This document shows, in pieces, positions 53,001 to 64,000 of a stretch of DNA of 64,000 nt. How positions within the stretch are numbered: position 1 is the first letter of the stretch; each line of letters opens with the position of its first letter. Source of the DNA: Tubiluchus corallicola (lineage: Eukaryota > Animalia > Priapulida); contig JAQGDQ010000261.1 in assembly GCA_030141605.1 (NCBI GenBank), positions 62,001 through 126,000 of the forward strand. The letters run 5' to 3'. Position numbers and translations under genes: made by a program. The notes beneath the pieces are model-generated. The model was not told the DNA's origin. It worked only from the letters and a program-made list of their open reading frames with translations, and did no database searches.

Positions 53001-56000
53001 TTAGTTTGAGTTTTTTCGTTTCGTGTGTAGGAAGAATTTTCAAAATTTTTTGTTGTGATAACATTTCACTTAATTTTTAACAGCTTGTTTTTATAGTATT
53101 GTTATGGGGGCTAGATGCTATTTATTTTTGACCCATCCCTCTACATTGCGATGATCTCGTCCGTATGAAGCCATTTGATAGTGGCGTTGAAACCAGGTAT
53201 AAAACCACTGCTATGGAATGGCCTCGTTGATTCAGCAGGTAAACAGACGCATGTTTTACCATCACAGCACCTGTTCCGTAGAAGCAACCAGCATGAAGTA
53301 CACAGTCAACAAATCTCTGTCTGACTTTATAAAGTTGGCATCATCCTGGCAGTGAACCCAGACTAGTATGCCTCTGAAATTCAGGGGAACGAACCGACTA
53401 GGGCAGCCACCAATCAGGCCTCCTGGCGGCGAGGACCCAACATCGTTACACTGGTGTTACGGAAGTGGGATTAGCAGAACCACCTGGAGCTCGTGAGTGA
53501 TGAAACGAACTGGGATTCACTGAATTTGAATCAGTGCTTTGTTCTTGAAGTATAGCACATTGTTGACTTTCTTCTATGATTCTTGGGCCTGCCAGGTTCT
53601 CGATTTGTTTCAACAGGTACATTTCTGTGTAGTTAGCTGTACTTGTTTGAATCTGTAGTAGTTGGGCTACCATTAAGCAAGTGCAGAAAAATGCAGGAGC
53701 AGCACTAAATTAAGATTTTTAAGGCATACCGAGTGGAAACGACAAAATTACATAGACACATGCAAGCCAGAAGAGGTTAAAGATATATTGAAAATAAGAC
53801 TGAATATGATTAAAGTTAAAGGGAACTACAAGAATGAGTTTAAGGATCAGTTATTATGCCCAGTGTGTGAGGAAGATGATGACACTACTGAACATATGCT
53901 TAGATGTTACAGATATGGAGAATGGAAAAAAATTTGAACTCAGATGTATTAATGAACAGTGAAAAGGAAGGATTGCTAGAAATTAGAAATCTAGTGAACG
54001 AATGTATGGAATACAGGATAAAGACAAATAAAGACATTAAACTTGGAAAAGACAAATAAAAGATCAGCGTTAAAGAAGAATAGACTTTGCACCCTATAAA
54101 GGTGCCCGCCTCTGATAGGTGGAGAGAGTCGAGTATCGCAATCGCAAAGGTTTATAGTAGTTTTTTTATGCTCTGTGTCAGATGTACCAACGAGAAGCAG
54201 GTTATGTGTAAATAGAGCTTTCTATATGAAACTACTGAGCCATTCGTATCTGCTATTGCAGCATCGTGTACTGTAATTTTAGCACATGAATATTAAGATG
54301 TGTAATTTTATGTCGCTGGGAAAACATATCGTCAAAAACTGTACCATACACACTGAGCGTTTCTGTCCCAGCAGAATGGATGAATAAGCTTACCTTGTGA
54401 CCTGTAGAAGTACCGGCTCTGATGGGAATTACTGAAACAAGAAACGTACTGGGCTTCTTTCTAGCATCGACCGTCTGAGATTTCATGGACAATAGTGGTT
54501 CTATGTCAGGTTAGTGCAATTCGTACGGTGTCTGCACTACTATAGGATGAAGATCGTTCACTGAGACGTGATTGCTTACTGCATGCCTTTGGACACCTTA
54601 GTCCTACAGATATATAGTTTTGGGCATATTCGCATTACTAGACTAATTCCTTCGGATGCTGCTGAATCCGGCCCGAATGATGCCAGCCTTCGAGCCTTAA
54701 TTACAAACTTCAAAATTTTTGTTAACAGTAAGCGTTAAGCATATATCTTTTTGTACGTTAGATGGTGCTTCAAAAGTTTGCTCTTTTAATCTCTTGTTTT
54801 GCTATGTTTACACACATTCTGCTACCTATTTAATGTTCAGTAAATCACTTGAATTTTTTCTGTAGTATGCATTACTCATGAACCGATTTTTCTAGTAAGT
54901 TTCGGGCTATATTAAGCTTTATGCTCATTTTCAAAGTTAACATTTCATAAATCTTTGTACACCTTATAATCTTGATAACAAACAAATTATTTTTCTTCTC
55001 TTGCATGTTTCATGCTGGTTCGAGGATGAACCATTTTCTGTAGAGTAGGGCATTGTTGCGGGGGCTAGATGCTATTTATTTTCGACCCCCCTCTATAATG
55101 TGATGGTCTCGTCCATACGAAGCCATTGCATAGTGGCGTTGAATACTAGGTATAAAACTGTCGCTATGTCGAAATTGAAGCATAATTAACACACGATGCT
55201 TTAATAACTTATTTTACCCATTTATAGATTCATCCAGTATTTTGTCCAACGACTGTGACGATGAACAATGTGGTGACTGAGTTTCCTCTTCCACAAACAG
55301 ATGGTAAACAAAATTACATCAATTGTACTGGATTCGCTTTTGAGGCCAGTCATGTTCGCCAGTGTTTGTGTCAAGGTACAGTAATGTCATTTTTTTATAG
55401 ACAATGCATGTTTTATTTTATTTTCTGAACGAGCCAGTTTTACTGATGTTAACTTAAACAGTTTCATGGATGTGTAACTCGCGTGTTTTTGCAGCTGGAC
55501 TTCTATTGCCTAGCTTCGCTTTTTGTTTACTCTCGCATCTACTATCTACCTCTACTTTACTAATCTTCATAACATTTCTTTTAAGAAAAGTTTCCCCAGA
55601 CGAAATAGCTAGCCAAAAAAAAAAGTAATATCAAATCTACACAGTCCATCAAAACACTGATTTTTTTTATAACATAGATTTTGAAAACAGTCACAAACAC
55701 AATTTGCACGAAAAAAGTTGCTGACAGTTTGGCTATCATTTAAATCTAAAATAGGAAAAAACGATTAAAGAATGGGCAAAAAGTGACTGATCTTTTACTC
55801 ATTATGACGTTTCCAGATGCCAAGTCTCTTCATGAAATAATCAAAACTGCAAGGTAATTTAAAATCAAAGTATTTTACACTGCATTAATATAAATCGGTT
55901 GCTTAAAAAATGATCCTTTGAATTACTGAAATTTACAAAAAAATATTTTGGCAAGTATTTAAACAGCAAATACCTGGAAGTACAATGTTGTGTTCAAGCT

Positions 56001-58534
56001 TTATAACATTTAAATAAAAATTGAAAATATGCAAAATTACAATCAGTTCTGTATTAATCCTCCAACCAGCCGTCACTACACTAAAAGATGCACTCTTTTT
56101 AATTATACGAATGACCAATTTGCACGACCATAATTTCATTACTGGAGAATATGGGTGAATACTTTTCTTCTGTGTTCATGGCTCAAGGCATTTTCTAATT
56201 AATTTTGTTCTGTATTCTTCACTATAAACTGTTCTTGTTTGAGCTTGGGTTTAATATTTTAATTTTTGGTTTACTTTCAGGACTTAGTTTTAAGTTTCTG
56301 ACTGTACTGATTTTATTTTAGTAATGCTGTATTGTGTTTGTCTATAAATAAAGCTACTTCCAGGTATCTGCTGTTTAAATGTTTTGCACTTACATTCATA
56401 TTTAATTTTACTTTATTAAAGAGCAAGTCACTTAATACTTACTTTAATTAATTTTTTGTAATTTTTACACATTCTGATCAGTGTCTTTTAACCAATTAAT
56501 TCATATGAATGTAATGTAAATTAATTTAATTTTAAATTGTCTTTCAGTTTTGTTTATTTGATGATAAGATTTGATGTCGTCAAACATTATGTTGAATAAG
56601 ATATGATGCTATATTGGTGCATTGTCTTCCAATCGTCTTAAAAAAAGTGACTGCACCAAAACATATGCTATTGTCAGCAATTGATGAACTGAGAGTAGAA
56701 AGCTGATTTTGAGCAAACTGGTCTATAATACATTGAAATCACTCAGCTTTCATAAACACACTACTTGTGAATGTAGTTTAACATTCGGGTTACAAAATTG
56801 TAATGAATTTAATATTTTCATAATAACGTTAATAATTATTGCTAATCATACTTATATTTGTTCACCAATTGTTTGGCTTATTAATTGATCTAGTTGTTTT
56901 CAAGTTGCCAGCTAATATAAAGAACTAAAATGATGCATTGCACATTTTTTTAAGACGACCTGATTATTTCTTCCTCTCATTATGGCCTGATCATTTGTTT
57001 CACTCATGATTGCCTGCTTATTCGTTTTACTCATGATGTCACGATTATTTGTTTCACTCATGATTGCCTGCTTATTTGTTTTACCCATGATGTCATGATT
57101 ATTTGTTTCACTCATGATTGCCTGATTATTTGTTTTACTCATGATGTCCTGATTATTTGTTTCACTCATGATTGCCTGATTATTTGTTTTACCCATGGTG
57201 GCCTGATTATTTGTTTCACTCATGATTGCCTGCTTATTTGTTTTACCCATGATGTCATGATTATTTGTTTCACTCATGATTGCCTGCTTATTTGTTTTAC
57301 TCATGATGTCATGATTATTTGTTTCACTCATGATTGCCTGACTATTTGTTTTACTCATGATGTCCTGATTATTTGTTTCACTCATGATTGCCTGATTATT
57401 TGTTTTACCCATGATGGCCTGATTATTTGGTTCACTCACGATTGCCTGATTATTGGTTTTACTCATGATGGCCTAATTATTTGCTTTACTGGATGGCTGT
57501 ATTATTTACCTCAGTCATGATGGCCCGATTATTTATTTCACTCATGATAGCTGTATTATTTACCTCAGTCATGATGGCCCGATTATTTATTTCACTCATG
57601 ATAGCTGTATTATTTACCTCAGTCATGATGGCCTGATTATTTATTTCACTCATATTTCACTCATGATGGCTGGATTATTTACTTCGGTCATATGGCCTGA
57701 TTATTTATTTCACTCATGATGTCCGGATTATTTACTTCAATCATGATGGGCGATAAATTGTTTGCTATCTTTTCACGAGAAGCAACCGCCCAAATGTTGG
57801 TTGCTATGGACCTTGCAAGAACGCATTGATGTTATGTTTAAATCCAGTACATGTCTGTTTCTGGCAAAGATCTGGGCTTGACAACAGAAAAAACTTGATG
57901 CAAAATGATTGCTTCCATGAGCAACTACTGGAGTTTGAAAATACAAGTTTTTCTCAATTGTTGTTCTAGTTTCTAGACAAGTTTTTAGTATTTTTTAAAT
58001 ATTTTCTTGACAATCTGATGCTAGAATATTAAAGTCTGATGTATTTAGCATTTGTTTTTATAAAAAACAAAAAAATGACATTTGATCAAATTTTTGATGC
58101 ATTCTACTTTGAAGCATCATAACGTAGTTTTAACTAGGCCAGCAAGCAAGTTTAACTATGTTTGCAAGTAAACATTTAATGCCAATATTTTTTGTGAAAA
58201 ACTAATCAGCAATTAATGTTGTTAACTCTTTTTGTGAAAAAAAACTATGCATTTAAGAACGAGATTATGCAAAGAAAAATGCAAGGTAAGCATTAACAAA
58301 TGAATAATTATTTTGTCTAAAGGCATGTGATTTCAGGTTTCATTGTCACTGCATGTTAAGACAGAAGCTCTAAAATACAAAAAACAGGCAAAAGATGAAA
58401 TGATGTTTGCATTGCATTGTTTAGGTAAAACAGAGTCCCAAATTATTCCATTATCTGAGAGTGAGAACTTCGCAAAATGGATGGACATTATTCATCGACA
58501 AATAAAGACTGATATGAACTGTTTGAAACAGTAA
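34952..58534 (+). CDS. DHDH: DHDH-like trans-1,2-dihydrobenzene-1,2-diol / D-xylose 1-dehydrogenase (Gfo/Idh/MocA), complete, 8 exons: 34952-35044,38117-38228,41179-41342,45657-45778,49448-49563,50404-50528,55228-55375,58425-58534 (329 aa)
   Basis: 990-nt spliced ORF, all GT-AG, phases consistent; RWGILGAGKIA, YGSYAEL, VLCEKP, FLMEGVWSRFFP, GGG...GIY, GVD, FEA.HV..CL..G.TES. Confidence 0.92.
35200..35885 (+). mobile_element. Degraded LINE RT fragment
   Basis: YPSNYRPIAIMSYFGKLVE and TGLPQGSV remnants. Confidence 0.65.
35990..36255 (+). repeat. Dispersed fragment homologous to Helitron-like copy B (3000-3262)
   Basis: Shared TTGGAAAACTGCTGACGCAAA and AGTAAAAGC..TGCTGGCT blocks. Confidence 0.65.
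38117..38228 (+). CDS. DHDH: DHDH-like exon 2 (VTAVGASTLERAVEFANKFSIPKRYGSYAELVNDEDI)
   Basis: ttcAG/GT; RA.EFA...IP..YGSY.EL. Confidence 0.92.
39150..39860 (+). mobile_element. Degraded CR1-type LINE RT fragment
   Basis: YIDFRKAFDTVP, VTSGISQ, LFVDD.K, W..HI..I...AN, LY...VRP. Confidence 0.7.
41179..41342 (+). CDS. DHDH: DHDH-like exon 3 (DIVYIAVWNAGH...VLCEKP...LFLME)
   Basis: ttAG/GTAAAG; EKP motif. Confidence 0.93.
42398..43424 (-). mobile_element. Non-autonomous hAT element with 8-bp TSD
   Basis: TIR CAGGGGCATCGTG / CACGACGCCACTG; TSD ATGCTAGG (42390-42397, 43425-43432); dimerisation-domain remnant KNALRSTMSQSRLSDLMILAVE on minus strand at ~42620-42770. Confidence 0.88.
42945..43343 (-). 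repeat. Inverted fragment of the DUF6729-like element's 5' region
   Basis: Reverse complement of about 20656-20730 and 20800-20970. Confidence 0.85.
45657..45778 (+). CDS. DHDH: DHDH-like exon 4 (GVWSRFFPAYYRLREEIRKGSIGFPMVVTATLGICVPEQFR)
   Basis: acAG/GTCAGA; WSRFFP. Confidence 0.9.
48225..48930 (+). mobile_element. Degraded CR1-type LINE 3' fragment
   Basis: QFHPNKCKV, EKDL, RRNFKCLD, LY.AFV...VEYGS.IW, E.VQ.RA remnants. Confidence 0.65.
49448..49563 (+). CDS. DHDH: DHDH-like exon 5 (HTGGGATHGLGIYMLQFSNWVFEDEPIDCVATGLHGDH)
   Basis: gtAG/GTAATT; GGG....GIY..QF. Confidence 0.9.
50084..50318. repeat. 25-bp minisatellite (GGTTATGGTGGTCAGGTGTAAnnnn), about 9 units
   Basis: Seen directly. Confidence 0.92.
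50404..50528 (+). CDS. DHDH: DHDH-like exon 6 (GVDVTVSFSVQYSKGRFASFLITLGTSLPNEGCVFGTDGDIK)
   Basis: gcAG/GT; GVD.T....QY and LPN....GT.G. Confidence 0.9.
51909..52577. mobile_element. TTAA-flanked MITE (Kolobok-like), copy 2
   Basis: Homologous to 4990-5568; TTAA on both sides. Confidence 0.7.
53105..53215 (+). repeat. Dispersed repeat (SINE-tail-like); second copy at 55060-55170
   Basis: GGGGCTAGATGCTATTTATTTT.GACCC...GAAGCCATT...TAGTGGCGTTGAA present twice. Confidence 0.7.
53720..54160 (+). mobile_element. LINE 3' end fragment (CCHC)
   Basis: ILKIRLNMIKVKGNYKN...LCPVCEEDDDTTEHMLRC. Confidence 0.65.
55228..55375 (+). CDS. DHDH: DHDH-like exon 7 (IHPVFCPTT...EFPLP...NYINCTGFAFEASHVRQCLCQ)
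   Basis: atAG/GTACAG; CPT, FPLP, FEA.HV..CL. Confidence 0.92.
56957..57750. repeat. 27-bp minisatellite with 54-bp dimer periodicity
   Basis: CTCATGATTGCCTGATTATTTGTTTT/CA units, alternating variants. Confidence 0.95.
58425..58534 (+). CDS. DHDH: DHDH-like exon 8 (GKTESQIIPLSESENFAKWMDIIHRQIKTDMNCLKQ*)
   Basis: ttAG acceptor; ES...PL.ES...A..MD.I..QI; TAA. Confidence 0.9.
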
Positions 58535-61012
58535 TCTTTCATTTGAATGTATTTCACCAAATCATTTTTTACTTATTGAAGCTGATTGAATAATAGAAGC
58601 CAAGTATTTATAATCTTTATGTCAAGTCTTAATATCACTGTTAGTGATGGTACAAATATACAGTTAATTGAATTTTAAATCAAGAAAGTTGTTCATCTCT
58701 TGTGGTTGGCCAGGACTGTCATCATCATTGAATGACATGGTAGTGAAATGGTCTTGGCTTCAGCAGAAGGTCCCTAGTTCAAATCTAGGCTGTGCTCCAA
58801 CTTTCTTGTTTTCAAGTTTCATTTCATGTGTCAATTGATTGTGGATTTGTACTATCACTGTAAGCTAGCAGCAGTTTCTTATTGGAGTAATGTGACAATT
58901 GCCAGTAAGCAATATTGTAACTATACTAGTATGCAAAATACAGCTGCTTGCAGTTTTAATTTTTTATTTTTAGTTTCAAAAACAAGAGTCACTAATTTGT
59001 AAACTGTTCTTCTTTTAAGTATTGAGTTACTGTATTCAAGTTCAACTTGCATTTCAGTGTTTTGATATTATGTATATCATCACAGTATTACAGTTATTTA
59101 GATGATAACTTTACTACATGTTTGTCTTGCAAGTGTTTATAATCACTGGTATGATATTTCTGAAGTTCATATGTGTGCTATGCTATTATATATTCTTATA
59201 CGTATTTGAAGTTCTAGAACAGTACCGAATTCAAGCTCCTCTATCACTATGTTATCTATAAACTGGATGTCATGGTACTATGTAATTCAGTGTTCACTAA
59301 TACATCATTGTTAAAAAGTAGTTCCTTTGTATTACCATTCATAGTATGATGTACCGATTTGGTCAATACAGTAGTTGAAATGTGAGGCAGCTATTGTCTG
59401 ATGTGGGGAGGTGTAACGCTTTAAAATATTTCTGGCTTTGAGGCAAATACTGTATGACCAACTAATGGAACAAGTGCCCCACAAGTTTCGCAGTAGTAAA
59501 TAAAATACATTGCAACTTACTGGACGATTTATAAAAGAAATAACATTTTCTTACGTACATTTAACTTTTATTTTAAAAGAAGCAAGACGTTTTAAGAAGG
59601 TATCTATGATATCGAATGAACTGTGAAATAAAATTCCAGAATTATAATATTGTTCTGACTAATGGGTGTATACAAGGAATAGGTCTGTCAATTTATCATC
59701 CATTAAATTGGAAATTTTTGAAGAGTTTTAGAAGCGGAAAAAAGTTAAAATTAAAACGCTACTTTGAATAGTTGATACTATAAAATTTGCAACGATATAC
59801 ATATATACTTAAAATCAAGTAAATGTTGATAATTTCTTCTGATTTTAAATACGTCTTAGCAAATTTTGTAGTATTAATTACCCAATCAATTTTTTCCACT
59901 TTTAAAATTCTTTAAACATTTTTGTGTTTAGCAAGTCCTACTTCAGATAAAAAATTGACAAGCTCTTGCTGTAATTTGTAGCCCTGTGCATTTAATGGTT
60001 AGGTACAATTTTATAATTGGGTGGCATTTTATTTTACAGTTCAGTCGATACTGGTAGATGCCATCTTGGTCAACGCAACATGTCTGATTTTGTTACACAT
60101 TTAAGTTTATGGCATTCTAAAGGTTCTTGGCCACATATTACCACACGCTTTAACATTGACAAGTACATTCTGAGGTAGATCCGAAACAACAATATTGTTA
60201 CGGATTTAAACATTTTACTGACAAACATGAATCGAAAACCAATTATTACCTTTTAGTAAATCGTGAATTTGGCGTGACATTTTCAACGTTTTCCCTAACT
60301 AAAACGAGTTTACTGTTTGCAAAATAGCATCAACACTGCTGAAATAATTGTTTACAGGAGTTAATGCTAAAAGTGAATGGAAAGGCAGGAAATATTACCA
60401 TTTTATGCAGAACAGTATTAACCACGCCGTCGTGTATTTCCCTTTGGGGATTACAGTGTTGCATAACACACAGACTATGTATAGTGCTTAAAATTACATA
60501 CCCGTTATTAAAAAAATCAAGTACATTACTCTAGCCATGAGTATGATTATGAAAATAATTATAATTATCATTGACAATTTGGCACTCGGCTTAGTGTTAG
60601 TTACTATAGCCTTAACACTTAATCTTAAATATCATACATTTTTGGAAAGGATATGCTTAATACAAGGAACTACATCTTTTCATTTTTCTTTCAAAATTCT
60701 TATGACGGCCATCTTGGATTCTCAAAATGACAATTTCCAAAGAATGGTTGTTTTGTCATACCTCCAATGCCAAGTGAATCAATGATTCAATTCTGCAATT
60801 TCAGTGATGACTCCCTGCGACTAAGAAAAGATGATAAAATCTCTTGTAACATTGTACAGAGGCAAGAGGTACTTGGGTGGTGGTACCCAGACATACCCCT
60901 TTATGATCTGCAACATTCTATTTTATGGTTTCCAGTCAACATAAATTTATAGTTAACAGTTGGTAAAATTTTAAATGAAGTAAATACCAAATGTCAAAAG
61001 ATCCTGAAAGAT

Positions 61013-61050
61013 TGTGTGTGTGTGTGTGTGTGTGTGTGCGTGCGTGCGTG
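61013..61050. repeat. (TG)n(TGCG)n microsatellite
   Basis: Seen directly. Confidence 0.9.
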
Positions 61051-61149
61051 TTAGAGATGAAATTAATTATTTTATTACGTGAACCACAAAAGTGCCAATG
61101 TCACCTGCCAGAGTAGTTGACAAAAAAGTTTCTAGAATATAACGCAAAT

Positions 61150-61960
61150 TCTTTAATGCTAGTTGTATAGGCCTAAGTTCTTGGTCTGGATGAAACCAAA
61201 TGGAAATTGATGCAAACAATCACGAGGAAGCAGGCAAGCTGATGACATGTCTTGACACCGGCTGCAACAGTGGGAACTCACAAACTGTACAATTAACATT
61301 TTTACTTTATACACACCTTGTAATAGCTAATTATGATTAGTTACCAAAGAGTACCTATACTTCAATGGTGTTAGCCATTCTTGAGATCCCACTATTCTTG
61401 GATGTTCTAGGTCCGAAAAGGCACAATCCTACAGTGAGGATCGGATGATATCACTCAGTCCTTGGGATGCTTAGTGAGAATTTGGATCTAACAGAAGAAA
61501 TTACAGTAAGCTTGGCAAGCTTAATATATACTGCCCAAAAGGAATCCAGGTCAGAAATGTTCCACAACTACAATGACATCTTTATCTACAAATACTGTAT
61601 ATAGCAAAATATAATCATAAATTGTACCACCTCCTCTTGAACAGTGATGCCCTTAATTCACTGCAAGTCAGCTAAAGTAGCAGCGATGATGGCAATTGAG
61701 GCCAACCTCTTCTAGTATTCTATTTGCACCAAAAGCCATATTGAGATGGTAAGATGATCAATGCACAGCAGATTGTATCAATAGGTGCACATGAGAACAA
61801 AAACTTGAGGTTAAACGTGTCATAAAGCCTTTTCTTAATCCTTCATGCTGGTTGTACCTGTGAAGCAGGTGCTGAGATAGTAAAGATGCAACTCTGTCTG
61901 CCTGCTGAATCATTGAACCACTGCATGCTCAGGCTTCATAATGGGCAGAACAATCTCAAT
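61150..61960 (+). mobile_element. Degraded Academ-like DNA transposase remnant
   Basis: NNHEEA motif, HCK.A..A..W-like segment and Cys cluster GCTC..G remnants with many stops. Confidence 0.4.
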
Positions 61961-64000
61961 ATAGAATGTGGGTACCTGAAAAACTGGCTTCAATATACTA
62001 AGTTATCACGTTATTTATTTGAAACATGTATTTAAAAATTAAAATCATTATCCCATCTGTAGTAAAATGTGCAATAAATTATGGTTGTGAATTACATAGT
62101 CGCGTGTATTTGCAGCAACCTATAAAAAATTTGAACGAAATTATATAAGGAACTAGATTATAAGGAACGCAAGTACTAAAGAGATTTGTGATGTAGTGAA
62201 AGATAAGGGGATTCCAGGAAATAATGTGCATTACAATAATGGGTATAAAAGAGTCTCATTTTTTAACGCGGAAACCGAAATGCATTTTAATTCTATATTT
62301 CACTTTAGGTGAGATCAGAACATGTTGTTAAACAATACTGAAAATAATAGTGCGTTTTTATAATGTTCTCTGGAGTAGGTACAATTATGTATTAGAATGG
62401 AATTCTGTTATCCCTATGCTTATGTACTCCCAAATTTCAGAAATGTATAATTAGAAGTAATAGAACTCAGTAACAGGACTTTTAACAACACAACTAGTTC
62501 ACTGTGTCGTCTTGTTTCAGTAAAGTAAGTTCCTGTTTCTTAGGTAACAGAGGCGTGAGACCTCCAAATATAATTCAACGGTTGGTGAGTTTTCTAGTGT
62601 AGGCCTATATTTTGTCAATTCTTGGTAAAACTTCTTTCAGGCGTATTCTCCTTCACAACAACATACATTAACATGTATTTTTGTCTTACATGCTTCTCTC
62701 TGAAAATAAAAATTGAGCAAAAAATTAATGTTTATAATAGCATCCCAAAGAGAACAGTGTTCGTCATAGTGACACTTATTCATTATAAAAGTGATGCCGA
62801 GTGTTTGACAGTTTTAACAGTTCGACAGTTGTCGCGCATCACGTTTTGTTATCGCAATGTGGTTAACTAGTTAAAATTCACTGGATATGCTGATTTTGGT
62901 CTGTTCATTCCTGCTTTTTAAATGAACCTTTATGATCATTTAAACGCAGGCATTGTTTTTCATAAAAATGTTAAAATTCAAACGTACGTTCTGTCACTTC
63001 CATCCTATTCTATCTATCATCCATTCATTTCTTAGAATTTAAATTAAAATATTCGATTGTATTTATTTCACAAACATAATTGTGCTTTCTTTAAAATATT
63101 ACCATCTACAATCATTAAAAATTAATTTTTTTATTTTTTTTAAATTTCTTAAATTGTGAAGTTTCAAAAGTAAAGAATTTTTAAAAAAAATCAAAGTTAA
63201 CTTGGAAACATTTAGATACTTTACACCAGTTGTAGTATTCAGAAAAATAATTATTAAGACAGCAGTTGGCCCTAGTAATTGTTGCAGACTAGTTTGCACA
63301 TTTGTTGCAAACCCTAGTAATTGTTGCACCTTTGTAAAATTTACCACTTTATTTGAATATTTCAGCATAAAGAAACTTGGAAGGTACATTAGCATTAATG
63401 TTTGTGTCAATTATAGTGAGGTTTGTAAGGAAAAGAAAATTGAAGCCTAATAATTGTGTTGTTCATTCGGTCAGCTTGATTATGAAACGTACAGAACCAC
63501 AGAATTACACGCTTTCTTAATCCTGCTCATTTACAAAAAGTCTGGCAACACTTCGACATGATAACTGCGGGCAGGTATCAAAACGTTTTTAGTTTGTGTT
63601 TCGCCAAGAGTGGCTACTTGGCTACTTTCTATTTGGTTTTACTTGTGGAAGTTTTCCCAGCCGTGGAAAACCGCGACAATTTAAAATAACTAAGTGCAGG
63701 ACTGAAACAGCCAAAACTCCCTGCCTTCTGTACAGAATTCTGAATACTCGGAACGCGGTTCCCCTTAGTATCAGGAATTCTCTGACTGTCTCAGGTTACA
63801 AGCATTTTTTTAAATTATAGGCGTTCTTAAAGATCAAATTTATTTTAATGACATGTTTCTTGTTTAGCTCAGGGCACTTATTTTCTTGTAATTTCTGCAT
63901 TTTTAATTTTGTACTTTCACTTAGCAAATGAATATTAGATAATTTATTGGTATATTTTCCGTTTTTGGTAAATAGTTGTGTTTTTAATCATGTGTTGAAT

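Noticed and set aside
54640-54700. Possible Penelope hammerhead ribozyme
   Set aside because: No intact CUGANGA plus GAAA core with flanking stems found.
56912-57520. 184-aa and 141-aa repeat ORFs as genes
   Set aside because: Products of a 27-bp minisatellite inside a DHDH intron; no splice or domain support.
58733-58800. tRNA-like B box in DHDH 3' region
   Set aside because: Too degenerate to call; probably a SINE relic.

Overview
AT-rich, intron- and repeat-rich animal genomic DNA, probably a marine invertebrate (inferred from a Meta-type tRNA-SINE and the LINE/DNA-transposon families). It holds two spliced + strand host genes that the ORF track mostly misses. The first is the 3' twelve coding exons of a divergent POMGNT1-like GT13 glycosyltransferase (693-17434; its 5' part lies before the window). 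The second is a complete 8-exon DHDH-like Gfo/Idh/MocA dehydrogenase (34952-58534, 329 aa). Between them is a 13.4-kb head-to-tail array of three ~3-kb copies of a poorly characterised putative DNA transposon. It carries a spliced DUF6729-like/DDE-type transposase pseudogene and an internal ~121-bp satellite. Copy 3 contains a young full-length RTE LINE (15-bp TSD) whose exact 5' end folds as an HDV-like self-cleaving ribozyme. Introns contain tandem Helitron-like elements, a LINE inside a (CTA)n microsatellite, a solo LTR, hAT and Kolobok-like MITEs, SINEs and minisatellites. Family assignments and residue numbers are from recalled motifs, not database searches.
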